DNA from: Parcubacteria bacterium RAAC4_OD1_1
GTDB lineage: Bacteria; Patescibacteriota; Minisyncoccia; Phycocordibacterales; UBA9973
Length of the DNA: 64,000 nucleotides
Assembly (NCBI GenBank): GCA_000505065.1
Contig: AWSN01000001.1
Coordinates: 132,247 to 196,246 of the forward strand
Reading direction: 5' to 3'
A program made the position numbers and the translations under genes. The notes under the pieces were generated by a model. That model was not told where the DNA came from and did no database searches. It was given only the letters and a program-made list of their open reading frames with translations. This document shows positions 40,021-50,427 of this stretch, piece by piece. The first letter of the stretch is position 1; each line of letters starts with the position of its first letter.

Positions 40021-41754
40021 ATGGATTATCAATCAGAAAACAAGGTGTGTCAGAATTGCAAAAATGACTTTACTGTCGAGCCAGAGGATTTTTTGTTCTA
40101 TAAGAAAATCAAAGTCCCAGCACCGACTTTTTGCCCGGATTGTAGAAGATCCCGAAGATGGTTATGGAGAAATGAAAGAACTTATTATAGAAGAAAATGT
40201 AATGCTCCAGGTCATGAGGAATTTATAATTAGTCTATATTCTCCAGAAGAAAAGAGAAAAATTTATTGTCAGGATTATTGGTGGAGTGATAAATGGGATA
40301 AGATGAATTATGGACAAAAATATGATTTTTCAAAACCCTTTTTTGAGCAGTATAATAATTTATTGCATAATATTCCTATAATTTCTTTATCCAATACACA
40401 ATCAGTAAATAGTGATTATTGTAGCTCTGCGGCTTGGAATAAGGATTGTTATTTATTAAGTGCTGCTGGTTGGAATGAAAATGTATTATATTCTAATCGT
40501 ACTTTTCATAATAAAAATTCTTTTGATTTATATTCAGTAGATAATAGTGAATTTTGTTATGATATTTCTTTTTGTAATAAATGTTATAAAATATTCTTTT
40601 CTTATAATTGTAATGGATGTGTTGAATCATATTTTTTATATAATTGTAGAAATTGTCAAAATTGTTTTGGTTGTGTGAATTTAAGAAATAAACAATATTG
40701 TATTTTAAATGAACAATATACAAAAGAAGAATATGAAAAAAGAATAAAAGAATTAAATTTAAATAATTATTCAAATTTAAAAAATATTAAAGATACTATT
40801 TATAAAAATGTTTATCTTAAAAATATACATAAATTTGCAGAAATAATAAATTGTCAAAATTCGACGGGAGATTATCTACAAAATTCTAATAATTGTAAAG
40901 AATGTTTTGATTTTAGTGGTGATAATAATGAAAACTGTAAATATGTTAATCTGAGTGGTTTTAATGCTAAAGATCTTTATGATACTGGCCCTGGGGCTGG
41001 CTGGGGATCATCTTTACTTTATGAAGGAGTTGATATAAACGATTCGGCAAATATCTTGAGTACTGTAGTTTGTTATAATTCAAATAATTGTTTTTACTGT
41101 TTTAATATTCAAAATTCGAGTAATTTATTTGGTTGTTATGGTTTACATTCCAAACAATACTGCATCCTAAACCACCAATACACCAAAGAACAATACGAAG
41201 AATTAGTCCCTAAAATAATAAAGCATATGAACGATATGCCATATATAGATAGTAAGAGTAGAGTATACAAATACGGAGAATTCTTCCCATCCGAACTCTC
41301 TCCCTTTGCCTATAATGAAACCATAGCTCAAGAATACTATCCTTTAACTAAAGAAGAAGCTTTAGAGCAAGGATATAAATGGAAAGATAAAGAAGAAAGA
41401 AATTACAATATAGATATTAAAAATAACGATATCCCAGATGATATTAATAACACAGATGAATCTATAGTAGGTAAAGTCATAGAATGCTCACATAAAGACT
41501 GTAATCATCAATGCACTGAAGCATTTAAGATAATCCCCGAAGAATACCAATTCTACCGCCGTATAAACCTTCCTCTCCCAAGACTCTGCCCTAACTGTAG
41601 GCACTACGAAAGACTCTCTCAAAGAAACCCTCTTAAACTCTGGCATAGATCCTGTATGAAAGAAGGATGCACCAATACTTTCGAGACATCATATGCACCA
41701 GATAGACCTGAAATAATTTATTGTGAGAAATGCTATCAGCAGGAGGTGTATTAA
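40021..41754 (+). CDS. Cys-rich repeat protein with N- and C-terminal CxxC zinc-binding motifs
   Basis: CQNC, CPDC, CxxC/SxxC solenoid-like repeats, duplicated KQYCILNxQYTKExYE, CPNC, CEKC. Confidence 0.85.
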   Translation: MDYQSENKVCQNCKNDFTVEPEDFLFYKKIKVPAPTFCPDCRRSRRWLWRNERTYYRRKCNAPGHEEFIISLYSPEEKRKIYCQDYWWSDKWDKMNYGQKYDFSKPFFEQYNNLLHNIPIISLSNTQSVNSDYCSSAAWNKDCYLLSAAGWNENVLYSNRTFHNKNSFDLYSVDNSEFCYDISFCNKCYKIFFSYNCNGCVESYFLYNCRNCQNCFGCVNLRNKQYCILNEQYTKEEYEKRIKELNLNNYSNLKNIKDTIYKNVYLKNIHKFAEIINCQNSTGDYLQNSNNCKECFDFSGDNNENCKYVNLSGFNAKDLYDTGPGAGWGSSLLYEGVDINDSANILSTVVCYNSNNCFYCFNIQNSSNLFGCYGLHSKQYCILNHQYTKEQYEELVPKIIKHMNDMPYIDSKSRVYKYGEFFPSELSPFAYNETIAQEYYPLTKEEALEQGYKWKDKEERNYNIDIKNNDIPDDINNTDESIVGKVIECSHKDCNHQCTEAFKIIPEEYQFYRRINLPLPRLCPNCRHYERLSQRNPLKLWHRSCMKEGCTNTFETSYAPDRPEIIYCEKCYQQEVY

Positions 41755-41792
41755 TAATTACTAATTACAAATTAATAATTTGAAATAAAATT

Positions 41793-41821
41793 AAAAAAAC
41801 CTAGCACAGCTAGGTTTTTTT
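41793..41821. terminator. Bidirectional terminator
   Basis: AAAAAAACCTAGC-ACA-GCTAGGTTTTTTT. Confidence 0.75.
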
Positions 41822-41837
41822 AATTAGTAATCATTAA

Positions 41838-42110
41838 TTAGATCACATTAACTACTTTTTTGACTGAAGTGGTTCTGTTAAAGTTTTGTTTTCTTTTTGT
41901 TCCAAATTTAACCTTACCTTCTTTTAAAGCAAAAATTGTGTGGTCTTTACCTATACGAGTATTCTTACCTGCGAGAATTTTGGTTCCACGCTGTCTTATT
42001 ATTATTCCACCTGCTTTTGCAGTTTGTCCATCATAAAGCTTTGTACCTAGATACTTTGGTTGTGAATCTCTTAAATTTTTCGCCGTTCCGCCGGCCTTCC
42101 TATGTGCCAT
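41838..42110 (-). CDS. rpmA: 50S ribosomal protein L27
   Basis: [31 protein letters not shown]. Confidence 0.97.
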   Translation of the reverse strand: MAHRKAGGTAKNLRDSQPKYLGTKLYDGQTAKAGGIIIRQRGTKILAGKNTRIGKDHTIFALKEGKVKFGTKRKQNFNRTTSVKKVVNVI

Positions 42111-42183
42111 ATTTTATGTTTGAAGGGGTAACTGTTGATAAAAAGCCTTACAAATTAACCCTAAATGATTTATAATAACTTAT

Positions 42184-42567
42184 ATGAGTATAAATCATTT
42201 TTTAAATAAAATCAAGAGTTATCTAGGTATTGACAATTTTCATCTTGTGTTCTTTTTAGTTATTGTTGGTGTGTCTCTCAGTTCTTTTGCTTTAGGGCGA
42301 ATTTCTATTTCAAAAACAGATAACAATAATCAAATTGAAGAAAATAATTTTTATTTAAAAAATGAAAATGAAAAGGGGATAGAAGGGGAAGACTTTTCCA
42401 CAAACAACAAAGAAGAAAAGAAGTATGTTGCTTCAAAAAATGGTAAACTATATTATAGTCTTAATTGTAGTGGAGCAAATAGAATCAAAGAAGAAAATAA
42501 AATTTTCTTTGCTTCAAAAGAAGAAGCAGAGAAATCGGGGTATGGTTTTGCTACTTCTTGCAATTAA
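42184..42567 (+). CDS. Membrane protein with C-terminal Ada-like metal-binding domain
   Basis: YVASKNGKLYY..C..I...N.IFF....AEKSGY. Confidence 0.75.
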   Translation: MSINHFLNKIKSYLGIDNFHLVFFLVIVGVSLSSFALGRISISKTDNNNQIEENNFYLKNENEKGIEGEDFSTNNKEEKKYVASKNGKLYYSLNCSGANRIKEENKIFFASKEEAEKSGYGFATSCN

Positions 42568-42573
42568 TTAATT

Positions 42574-43509
42574 ATGAGATTATTTTATCAAATTTTTATA
42601 ATAATGTTTGTGGTCATTTCTCTTTTTATTATAAGAGAAGATCTTGTTACTGTATACGGAGAGTTTGTCACATATTTTAAAAATGGTAATAATTTAACTA
42701 CAGATTTAGGTAAAAGTATTGGTATAAAAATAAAAGAAAATACTGAGGATATAAATAAACCTTTAAATAAAATAGACACCCCAGGAGCTCTCGTTGTTAC
42801 AGATAAAATATTTAACCGAGAGAATAGTGTGGGTGGTGATACTCTTTCTTCTGTGGGGGTAATTAAGCTCACCAATGAAATTAGAGTATTTGAACAAGGA
42901 CTTGGTTATCTTAAGGTAAATGATAAATTAAATAAGTCTGCTCAAATAAAGGTGGACGATATGTTTGATCAGGGATATTTTGACCACATCTCTCCATCTG
43001 GTCTTGATGTTAGTGATCTTGGTAGTAAGGCTTCCTATGAATATATTTTGATGGGAGAAAATTTGGCTATGGGGTCTTTTCAAACAAATGAAGAATTGAT
43101 TAAAGCTTGGATGAATAGTGAAGGACATAGAGCTAATATTATTAATAAAAATTATACAGAAATTGGAGTTGCTGTTAAATATGGTAAGTATGATGGGCAT
43201 AATGTCTGGATGGCAGTACAACATTTTGGATTACCAAAGGATGCTTGTCCAGTAGTAGATGAAGTTTTAAAAAATTCAATAAATTTTTTGAATGAAAAGA
43301 TTACTGAAATAGGTCAAGATCTCATAGAAAGAAAAGAAAGGATTGATAATGGGGGATTATATGAGGGAATGACGACAACTGAACAGATAATTAAGTATAA
43401 TTCTATTGTGAATGATTTTAATGATAATTTAAAAGATATTAAAGAAAAAATAGATAAATATAATGAACAAGTTAAATCTTTTAATGAGTGTTTAGCTAAT
43501 ATACAATAG
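42574..43509 (+). CDS. CAP/SCP domain protein
   Basis: YFDH, GENLA, WMNSEGHRANI, EIGVA, VQHFG. Confidence 0.92.
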   Translation: MRLFYQIFIIMFVVISLFIIREDLVTVYGEFVTYFKNGNNLTTDLGKSIGIKIKENTEDINKPLNKIDTPGALVVTDKIFNRENSVGGDTLSSVGVIKLTNEIRVFEQGLGYLKVNDKLNKSAQIKVDDMFDQGYFDHISPSGLDVSDLGSKASYEYILMGENLAMGSFQTNEELIKAWMNSEGHRANIINKNYTEIGVAVKYGKYDGHNVWMAVQHFGLPKDACPVVDEVLKNSINFLNEKITEIGQDLIERKERIDNGGLYEGMTTTEQIIKYNSIVNDFNDNLKDIKEKIDKYNEQVKSFNECLANIQ

Positions 43510-43561
43510 GTCTATTTATATAAAGGGGATTTTAATATCCTTTTATTTGAAAGATATGATA

Positions 43562-43589
43562 ATGTCGCACAATATATCTTTTACGACAT
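43562..43589. other. Candidate dif-like tyrosine-recombinase site
   Basis: ATGTCGCACAA-TATATC-TTTTACGACAT (11-6-11, arms 9/11 inverted) where gene orientation flips. Confidence 0.4.
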
Positions 43590-43802
43590 TAAATAAGTAA
43601 AATTATGGGGGTTGGCTTTGAGTTTATGTTTATTCTTACCAACCCCAAAACTCTTTAAAAATGGTCACAATTTAATTTTTTAATGACCAACGACCACGAC
43701 CTCTTGGGACCTTCCCCCGAGGATGTTTTTTGTTTTTAATCATAAATAAAGAAATATTAGTTCATATATATTATATATAATAGAAAATTTTTAGCAATAC
43801 CT

Positions 43803-44954
43803 TTATACCTTTTTGGTCTTTAGATACCTCTTATTTTTTAATTTATCGGGCATTAGGTCTTCTTTTGTATACTTTTCATAACCTTTACCATATCCTAGGC
43901 CTTCTAGGAGCTTTGTGGAAGGATTTCTGAGATTGAGTGGTATATTTAGGTTTCCATAGGTTTTTACGTCATTTTGGGCCATTCTAAAGGATTCATAAAT
44001 ACTTCGATCTTTCTTGGCTTGTGCTAGATAAACTGCTCCATTGGCCAAGTTTATCGCACATTCTGGGTATCCTATAGTTTCTACAGCACGAAAAACTTCA
44101 TTAGCGACAACAAGTGCTGTTGGCTGTGCAAGACCTATGTCTTCACTTGCAAAAATCACCATTCTTCTAGCAATAAATTTTGGATCTTCTCCTGCTTCTA
44201 TCATTCTTGACAAATAATATAATGTGGGGTCTGGTTGGGATGCTCTCATACTCTTTATAAATGCACTTATGAGATTATGATGTTCGTCTCCCCTCTTATC
44301 ATATCTTATAAATTTTGACTGAACTGTATTTTTTAAATTTTCGAGTGTTAATTCTTTATAAAGATTTATTGTATTTTCAATAGTTGTGATAGCTTGCCTT
44401 GCATCTCCATTTGAGAATGATGTAAGCCATTTAATGGCATCTTTCTTTATTTTATATCCAGTTCTTTTTATTATTTTTTCTATATTTTCATCTTTGAGTT
44501 CTTCGAGTACAAATACCTTACACCTTGAAAGTAATGCAGGTATTACTTCAAAGCTTGGGTTTTCTGTAGTTGCTCCGATTAAAGTAAGCTTGCCACTTTC
44601 TACATAAGGAAGAAGGAAGTCTTGCTGGGCTTTATTGAATCTATGTATTTCATCTAGAAAAAGAATTTTTGGTCCAAATAAATTTCCTCCAGATTTTTTT
44701 TCGTCAATGATAGCTCTTATATCATCTTTACCAGCAGAGACAGCTGATAATTCAAAGAATTCTGCATTTAAAGATTTGGCATAAATTCTGGCCAGAGTCG
44801 TCTTTCCTGTTCCTGGTGGCCCCCAGAGAATGAAAGAAAAAAGGTGTTTTTTGTTTATAGCAATATAAAGTGGTTTGTTTTTATCTATAAGATGTTCTTG
44901 CCCTACAAATTCATTTAGATTTTGAGGTCTTATTTTTGATGCTAATGGTTCCAT
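43803..44954 (-). CDS. rarA: Replication-associated recombination protein A
   Basis: WGPPGTGKTT, DEIHRFNKAQQD, ATTENP, SAFIKSMR, SEDIG. Confidence 0.96.
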   Translation of the reverse strand: MEPLASKIRPQNLNEFVGQEHLIDKNKPLYIAINKKHLFSFILWGPPGTGKTTLARIYAKSLNAEFFELSAVSAGKDDIRAIIDEKKSGGNLFGPKILFLDEIHRFNKAQQDFLLPYVESGKLTLIGATTENPSFEVIPALLSRCKVFVLEELKDENIEKIIKRTGYKIKKDAIKWLTSFSNGDARQAITTIENTINLYKELTLENLKNTVQSKFIRYDKRGDEHHNLISAFIKSMRASQPDPTLYYLSRMIEAGEDPKFIARRMVIFASEDIGLAQPTALVVANEVFRAVETIGYPECAINLANGAVYLAQAKKDRSIYESFRMAQNDVKTYGNLNIPLNLRNPSTKLLEGLGYGKGYEKYTKEDLMPDKLKNKRYLKTKKV

Positions 44955-44983
44955 AATTAACATTTTACCATTAAAAATAATTA

Positions 44984-45034
44984 TTTTAAAACAAACAAAA
45001 CCCCGATTATTTCGGGGTTTTGTTTGTTTTAAAA
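44984..45034. terminator. Long hairpin terminator
   Basis: TTTTAAAACAAACAAAACCCCGA-TTATT-TCGGGGTTTTGTTTGTTTTAAAA. Confidence 0.75.
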
Positions 45035-45035
45035 A

Positions 45036-45287
45036 CTATAGATTATTTAGTTCTTCATCAATTGATTTTAGATCTTCATCTGTTGTATCTGTTATATCAA
45101 TTTGATTTAAATTTTCATTGATAATCTTTGTTGTGTCGTTTTTCATTGCTTCGTTTAATTCTATTTCAGTTTCGTTCGGAATAATTTCTTTATTTTTATT
45201 AGGATTTTTTACAATAATTAAGATTATCAAAACTAAAACTATAACTATTATTCCAATTATTATTGGTGTTGTTTTTTTATTTTCCAT
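45036..45287 (-). CDS. Hypothetical single-TM acidic protein
   Basis: N-terminal TM, acidic tail. Confidence 0.75.
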   Translation of the reverse strand: MENKKTTPIIIGIIVIVLVLIILIIVKNPNKNKEIIPNETEIELNEAMKNDTTKIINENLNQIDITDTTDEDLKSIDEELNNL

Positions 45288-45292
45288 ACATA

Positions 45293-46204
45293 TTATTGGT
45301 TAGTTGTACTTTTTGTTGCATCTTCGACCTCTTGTTCATCCTCTGTTTCTGTTTCATCTTCTATTTCTATCTCATCAATTTTAGGTATTTGAGCAAGAGC
45401 AACCGCAGCCTTTCTTACTGCATCATGAGTAGCTTTAATTTCTTCATATAAAGATTTAATATCAGCTCTAAATGTATCTCTAACAGCTTGCGTTGTTGTT
45501 TTTAGTGTTGATTCTTCTCCCACTTTTATTTCATATATTTTTTCTGATTGCTTAAGTAATGATTCTCTTGTGGTCGTTATTTTTGTTTTTGCAAGAGAAA
45601 TAGCATCTTCAACAGTTTTTACATCCAATCCTTTTTCTTTTGCCTTAGTTGTTCTTGACTCCACTCCAACAAGTACTGTTTCTATTTGATTTACTCTTTC
45701 TCCTAATTTTTCTACTATTTTAACATTTAATTCATCTAATTTATTATCAATTTTTATAAGTGCTTCTTTTTTCTTTTCATCTTTTATTTTAGCAAGACCT
45801 TCTTCAAATCTATTTTTTATTTCTTCTCTTTTTGCTTCCCATTCTTCTTTTGAAGCTTCAAATCTTGTTTTGAATTCTTCTCTTTTTTGTGTTATTTCTT
45901 TTATGACAGCTTCACGTTTTTCTTTAATATTATTTATTATGTCATCGTCTGTTATGTCATCATCCAAATCCTCTCTTGCTTTTGAAGCTTCTTCTCTAAA
46001 AGTTTCTCTTTCTTTTTCCATTTTTTCTTTTGTTTCTTCTCTTAGATTTTTAGCTTCTTCTCTTCTTTGTTCAAATCTATTTTCAACCTCTTCCATTTCT
46101 TCATTTTCACTAGAATCATCTTCAGCATAAACATAAAAACCCCCTAAGGCCAAAATAAGGCCAAAGAACACAATAAAACCATTTTTTAAATATTTTCTAA
46201 TCAT
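45293..46204 (-). CDS. Exported coiled-coil protein
   Basis: Signal peptide, long E/K/R-rich helices. Confidence 0.8.
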   Translation of the reverse strand: MIRKYLKNGFIVFFGLILALGGFYVYAEDDSSENEEMEEVENRFEQRREEAKNLREETKEKMEKERETFREEASKAREDLDDDITDDDIINNIKEKREAVIKEITQKREEFKTRFEASKEEWEAKREEIKNRFEEGLAKIKDEKKKEALIKIDNKLDELNVKIVEKLGERVNQIETVLVGVESRTTKAKEKGLDVKTVEDAISLAKTKITTTRESLLKQSEKIYEIKVGEESTLKTTTQAVRDTFRADIKSLYEEIKATHDAVRKAAVALAQIPKIDEIEIEDETETEDEQEVEDATKSTTNQ

Positions 46205-46326
46205 ATATTATTCAAATTAATAAATTAATAAAATGTAATATTATTTTAATATTACATTTTAATTATAACTCTATGATAAATAAATACAAAGGTAAAATAA
46301 ATTTATTTTACCTTTGTATTATATGA

Positions 46327-47292
46327 TTATTTTATGACACTGTTGATAACTTTTCCTTCTTTTAGTACTGAAACCACATTTTTTACCACTATTTCCGCCA
46401 TCTGGTTTCTTGCCGATGCTCTTGAAGATGCTATGTGGGGTGTGAGTATTACATTTGACAATTTATTTAATCCACTACATAGTTTAGGTTCATACTCAAA
46501 GACATCAAGAGCAGCACCTCTTATTATTTTATTTTTTAATGCATTTACAAGATCTTTTTCGTTGATAACTCCCCCTCTAGATGTGTTTATAAGAAAAGCT
46601 GAACTTTTCATTGTAGATAATGTGTCTTTGTTTATTAGATGTGTAGTAGAAGGTAGTAGTGGAACATGAAGAGAAATAATATCTGCAGTTTTAAATATTT
46701 CATCTATCTCTTTTAATTCTGCTTTTGTTTCTTCTTCTATTTTATTATTTTTTACTATATCATAATATAATATTTTTGAACCAAAACCCTTGTTTAGTAT
46801 TTTAGCGACCTCTGTACCAATTTCACCACATCCAATAAGACCAATTATTTTACCTTTCATATCAGTTCCAACAAGTAATTCTGGATCCCAGCCTTTATAT
46901 TTACCACTCCTTACAAACCTATCCCCTTCTACAAGTCTTGTGGTTAAAGACATCATAAGGGCTACTGTATGTTCTGCGACAGCAATGGATGAAGTTCCTG
47001 GAGTATTTGAAGTCATTATTCCTCTTTTTTTTAACTCTTCTATGTCGAGATTATTAAATCCAACAGAAAAATTAGCTATAATTTTTATATTTGGGCATAC
47101 ATCAAGTATTTCTTTATCTATTGTATCTGTTAGAAAAGTTATAATTCCATCATAATTTTTTTTCTTTAAAGATTTTATTAAATCTTTTTTTGTTGGGGGT
47201 TTTTTAAAATTACCTATATCATAAGAGATGTTATTTTCATCAAGTATCTTAAGTCCGACATCTGGGATTTTTCTTGTTATAAAAATATGCAT
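46327..47292 (-). CDS. D-2-hydroxyacid dehydrogenase (glyoxylate/hydroxypyruvate reductase-like)
   Basis: VGFNN, GCGEIG, INTSRG, LDVFEYEP, TPHIAS. Confidence 0.92.
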   Translation of the reverse strand: MHIFITRKIPDVGLKILDENNISYDIGNFKKPPTKKDLIKSLKKKNYDGIITFLTDTIDKEILDVCPNIKIIANFSVGFNNLDIEELKKRGIMTSNTPGTSSIAVAEHTVALMMSLTTRLVEGDRFVRSGKYKGWDPELLVGTDMKGKIIGLIGCGEIGTEVAKILNKGFGSKILYYDIVKNNKIEEETKAELKEIDEIFKTADIISLHVPLLPSTTHLINKDTLSTMKSSAFLINTSRGGVINEKDLVNALKNKIIRGAALDVFEYEPKLCSGLNKLSNVILTPHIASSRASARNQMAEIVVKNVVSVLKEGKVINSVIK

Positions 47293-47298
47293 AAATAA

Positions 47299-48096
47299 TT
47301 ATCCTATTGTTATTTTATTTTTTCTATTTTTCTCTGCGACTAAAGAAATTTTTTCCATCATATAAATAGCTTCTTTGGGGTGTTTACCTATGGCAGATTC
47401 TTCTGAAAGCATAACTCCATCCGCACCATCTAGTATTGCATAGGCAACATCTGAAACTTCAGCTCTAGTAGGAATAGGGTTCTCTACCATAGAAAGCATC
47501 ATTTGAGTAGCGACTATTACCATTTTGCCAACCTCATTGCATTTTTCTATTATATTGTGCTGGATAAAAGGAATTTCTTCTAATGGAAATTCATTACCCA
47601 AATCACCTCTCGCCACCATAATAGCATCTGCTTCTTTGATAATTTCTTCTAAATTATCATAAGCTACTTTTCTTTCTATTTTAGCTATAACCTTTTGATT
47701 ACCACCTCTTTCTTTAATTAATTCTTTTATTTTTTTTACATCTTTAGCATTCCCTACATAAGACATAGCAATGTATTCTATATTTTCTTCTACTCCAAAA
47801 GTTAAGTCAGAAATATCTTTTTCGGTTATTGCACTTTGTTCTTCTTCTCCTCCAAATTTATGACCCTCACCTTCTTTAACCCTGGGCCCTGATAAATCTT
47901 GAATCATAGGAATGTTTTTTCCACATTCACTAGCTGATTCTCTCACATTTTTTATTACCTCTCTGTGCCAATCGTGAGTATTCCAAGAAAAGTTTAAACG
48001 AGCGATATCCATATGATGATTAATCATTTCTTTAATCATTTCTTTATTATTACTTACTGGCCCTATTGTAGCTATTATTTTTGTTGTAGATTCCAT
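47299..48096 (-). CDS. pyk: Pyruvate kinase, minimal form
   Basis: [49 protein letters not shown]. Confidence 0.88.
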   Translation of the reverse strand: MESTTKIIATIGPVSNNKEMIKEMINHHMDIARLNFSWNTHDWHREVIKNVRESASECGKNIPMIQDLSGPRVKEGEGHKFGGEEEQSAITEKDISDLTFGVEENIEYIAMSYVGNAKDVKKIKELIKERGGNQKVIAKIERKVAYDNLEEIIKEADAIMVARGDLGNEFPLEEIPFIQHNIIEKCNEVGKMVIVATQMMLSMVENPIPTRAEVSDVAYAILDGADGVMLSEESAIGKHPKEAIYMMEKISLVAEKNRKNKITIG

Positions 48097-48100
48097 ATTT

Positions 48101-49324
48101 TTATTTTGCTATATTTATAAGTCTGTTATATTTTATATCTCTTTCTTTTGGTCCCAAGGCTCCCGATTTGAGACCAAAGCATCCAAATGCATAAGATAAG
48201 TCCCCAATAAAATCATCCATTGTTTCTCCACTTCTGTGGCTAATAATGCAATCAATATCATTTTTTCTTGCAAGCTCTATTGTGTTTAATGTTTCTGTTA
48301 ATGTTCCTATTTGATTTGGTTTGATGATTATGCCCTTGATACTTTTTTCTCTTATTGCTCTATCTAATCTATTTATATTTGTAACAGTAAGATCATCCCC
48401 TATAAGTTTTACTTCTGGAATTATTGCTTGAAGAGTTGTAAAGCTTTCAAAATCTTCTTCTTCAAATGGATCTTCTATTGATATAATAGGAAATTCTTCA
48501 CACATTTTTACATAAAGATCTTTCATTTCTTCTTTAGAAAAAGATTTTGACATAAATTTATAAACTTCTTCTCCTTCATCATAAAAAGATGAAGATGCTA
48601 CATCGAGTGCATATTTAATTTTATTCTCATATCCTAATTCATCTACTGCTTGTTTTATGAGTCTAAGGGGGACAAAGACATCTTCTTCTTCGAGAGCTAC
48701 TCCACCCTCATCTCCTTTTACAAGAGGACCTCCATATTTAGAAATTAATATTTCATCTAATTTATTTTGTATTGCTTTACTTATTTCTACACTTTCTGTA
48801 ACTTTATCTACTTGTGGAACAATATGATATTCTTGGAAAGCTAATTTGGTTTTTGCGTGCTTCCCTCCATTTATAAGATTAAAATATAGATATGGTTCTT
48901 TTTTTGATGGATTTATATCTCTTAAATTTTTTAAATATTCATAAACTTCTTTACCTAGAATTGCTCCTGCTGTTTTAGCACAAGCAATACTTACTCCTAT
49001 CATGCTATTCCCCCCTAGTTTTGTTTTTTGTTGGGTTCCATCTAGATTAAGCATTGTTTCGTCTATTATTTTTTGATCTGTTATATTTATACCAAGAAGA
49101 GCTGGTTTTATTATTTCTTCTATTTGTTTAATTGCTGTAAGTACACCACTTTTACCATTCTCTCCATCACGTAATTCACAAGCTTCATACTTACCAGTAC
49201 TAGCTCCTGATGGAACTTCAAAACTTTTAAAAATATCCCCCACATAAACTGAGACTTTAAGTGTAGGATTCCCGCGAGAGTCAAGTATTTGCTCTGCTTT
49301 TATATCTGTTATTTTTTTATCCAT
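48101..49324 (-). CDS. eno: Enolase
   Basis: [36 protein letters not shown]. Confidence 0.97.
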   Translation of the reverse strand: MDKKITDIKAEQILDSRGNPTLKVSVYVGDIFKSFEVPSGASTGKYEACELRDGENGKSGVLTAIKQIEEIIKPALLGINITDQKIIDETMLNLDGTQQKTKLGGNSMIGVSIACAKTAGAILGKEVYEYLKNLRDINPSKKEPYLYFNLINGGKHAKTKLAFQEYHIVPQVDKVTESVEISKAIQNKLDEILISKYGGPLVKGDEGGVALEEEDVFVPLRLIKQAVDELGYENKIKYALDVASSSFYDEGEEVYKFMSKSFSKEEMKDLYVKMCEEFPIISIEDPFEEEDFESFTTLQAIIPEVKLIGDDLTVTNINRLDRAIREKSIKGIIIKPNQIGTLTETLNTIELARKNDIDCIISHRSGETMDDFIGDLSYAFGCFGLKSGALGPKERDIKYNRLINIAK

Positions 49325-49389
49325 ATATGCTTATTATAACATTTTTATTTATTTTAAAAAACATATTAGTGTGGTATAATATATATGTT

Positions 49390-49572
49390 ATGGAAGAAGA
49401 TGATTATTATAATTTAAATGGAGATCAAGAAGAATCTAAGCCAAATGATCCTGTTTGTCCTCGTTGTGGGCTTAGGACTTATGATGATTCTTGCCAGGTA
49501 TGTGGAACTCCCATCATAGATAAAGCTGACGATGAGGAGGAGGAATATGATTGGAGAGAACACAAAAGGTAA
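49390..49572 (+). CDS. Small acidic zinc-ribbon protein
   Basis: CPRCG...CQVCG; TATAAT at 49375-49380. Confidence 0.7.
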   Translation: MEEDDYYNLNGDQEESKPNDPVCPRCGLRTYDDSCQVCGTPIIDKADDEEEEYDWREHKR

Positions 49573-49632
49573 AAGGTAAATTACTAAACACTTACCGGAA
49601 GGTTTTGCTTTCCGAATTAACTTTAGTTATTA

Positions 49633-50379
49633 CTATTTATTCAAATAATAAAGTCTTTTTGTTTCGGGGAGTCTTTCGATAGCATAACGAAGCATAGTGC
49701 GGGGCATTTTGTTTGAATTTTGATCTAAGTATGAAAGTAACTCCTTCTCATCCACCCTTTTACCCACCTCTCGGAGCATCCACCCACAAGCTTTATGAAT
49801 AAGATCATGTTTATCTTTCATAAGCATATCTGTGATTTTGAAAGTCCAATCTGCTTCTTTTTTATAAATAAAAGCGAAAGTAGAAATAATTGCAATACGT
49901 CTTTCCCATAAATTCTTCGATTTAGCTAACCTAGCAAGGACGGTCCTTGCTAGGTTTTTATTTTTATATAAATAGTCACCCAATATATAATGAGCAGATA
50001 AATCTACTAAATCCCAGTTATTTATATATTTGGTATTTTTCAAATAAAATTTTACAATTTTACTTTTTTCCCCTAGGTCCGACCTAGGGGAACTCGCTCC
50101 TAAGCCTTGCTTAGGAGCGGTTAATTTTTGATATTTTTGAACTAAAATCAAAAGGGCAACAAGACGGGCTTCATGATATTTATTATTTAATAATTCTTGT
50201 ATTTCTTTGAAGTCTATATGAGTATATTTCTTTGCGATACTTCTAGATACTGGAACGGTAATACCGAGGAATACATCTCCTTCCCCATATTCTCCTTTTC
50301 CAGTTTTGAAAAATCTAGTTAAGATTTTAGATTTATCTTTATTTTTTAATTTTAATAATTCATTGATAACCTTTGACAT
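49633..50379 (-). CDS. DNA alkylation repair protein (AlkD-like)
   Basis: FFKTGKGEYGEGD, NNWDLVD, KACGWMLRE, MPRTMLRYAIE. Confidence 0.9.
   Translation of the reverse strand: MSKVINELLKLKNKDKSKILTRFFKTGKGEYGEGDVFLGITVPVSRSIAKKYTHIDFKEIQELLNNKYHEARLVALLILVQKYQKLTAPKQGLGASSPRSDLGEKSKIVKFYLKNTKYINNWDLVDLSAHYILGDYLYKNKNLARTVLARLAKSKNLWERRIAIISTFAFIYKKEADWTFKITDMLMKDKHDLIHKACGWMLREVGKRVDEKELLSYLDQNSNKMPRTMLRYAIERLPETKRLYYLNK
49928..50119. repeat. Three intragenic palindromes in the AlkD-like gene
   Basis: AACCTAGCAAGGA-CGG-TCCTTGCTAGGTT (49928-49956); TTCCCCTAGGT-CCG-ACCTAGGGGAA (50068-50092); CGCTCCTAAGC-CTT-GCTTAGGAGCG (50095-50119). Confidence 0.92.
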
Positions 50380-50427
50380 ATATATGATTATATTATAGTA
50401 TTAAAATAAATTTTAAATCCAATAATC

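Noticed and set aside
40021-41754. DGR target/template pair
   Set aside because: The internal repeat differs mainly by synonymous C/T changes, not adenine-specific ones, and no reverse transcriptase is in the window.
41750-41840. TAATTAC-like short tandem repeats (similar at 59791-59825)
   Set aside because: Only 2-3 degenerate AT-rich units, not distinguishable from background by eye.
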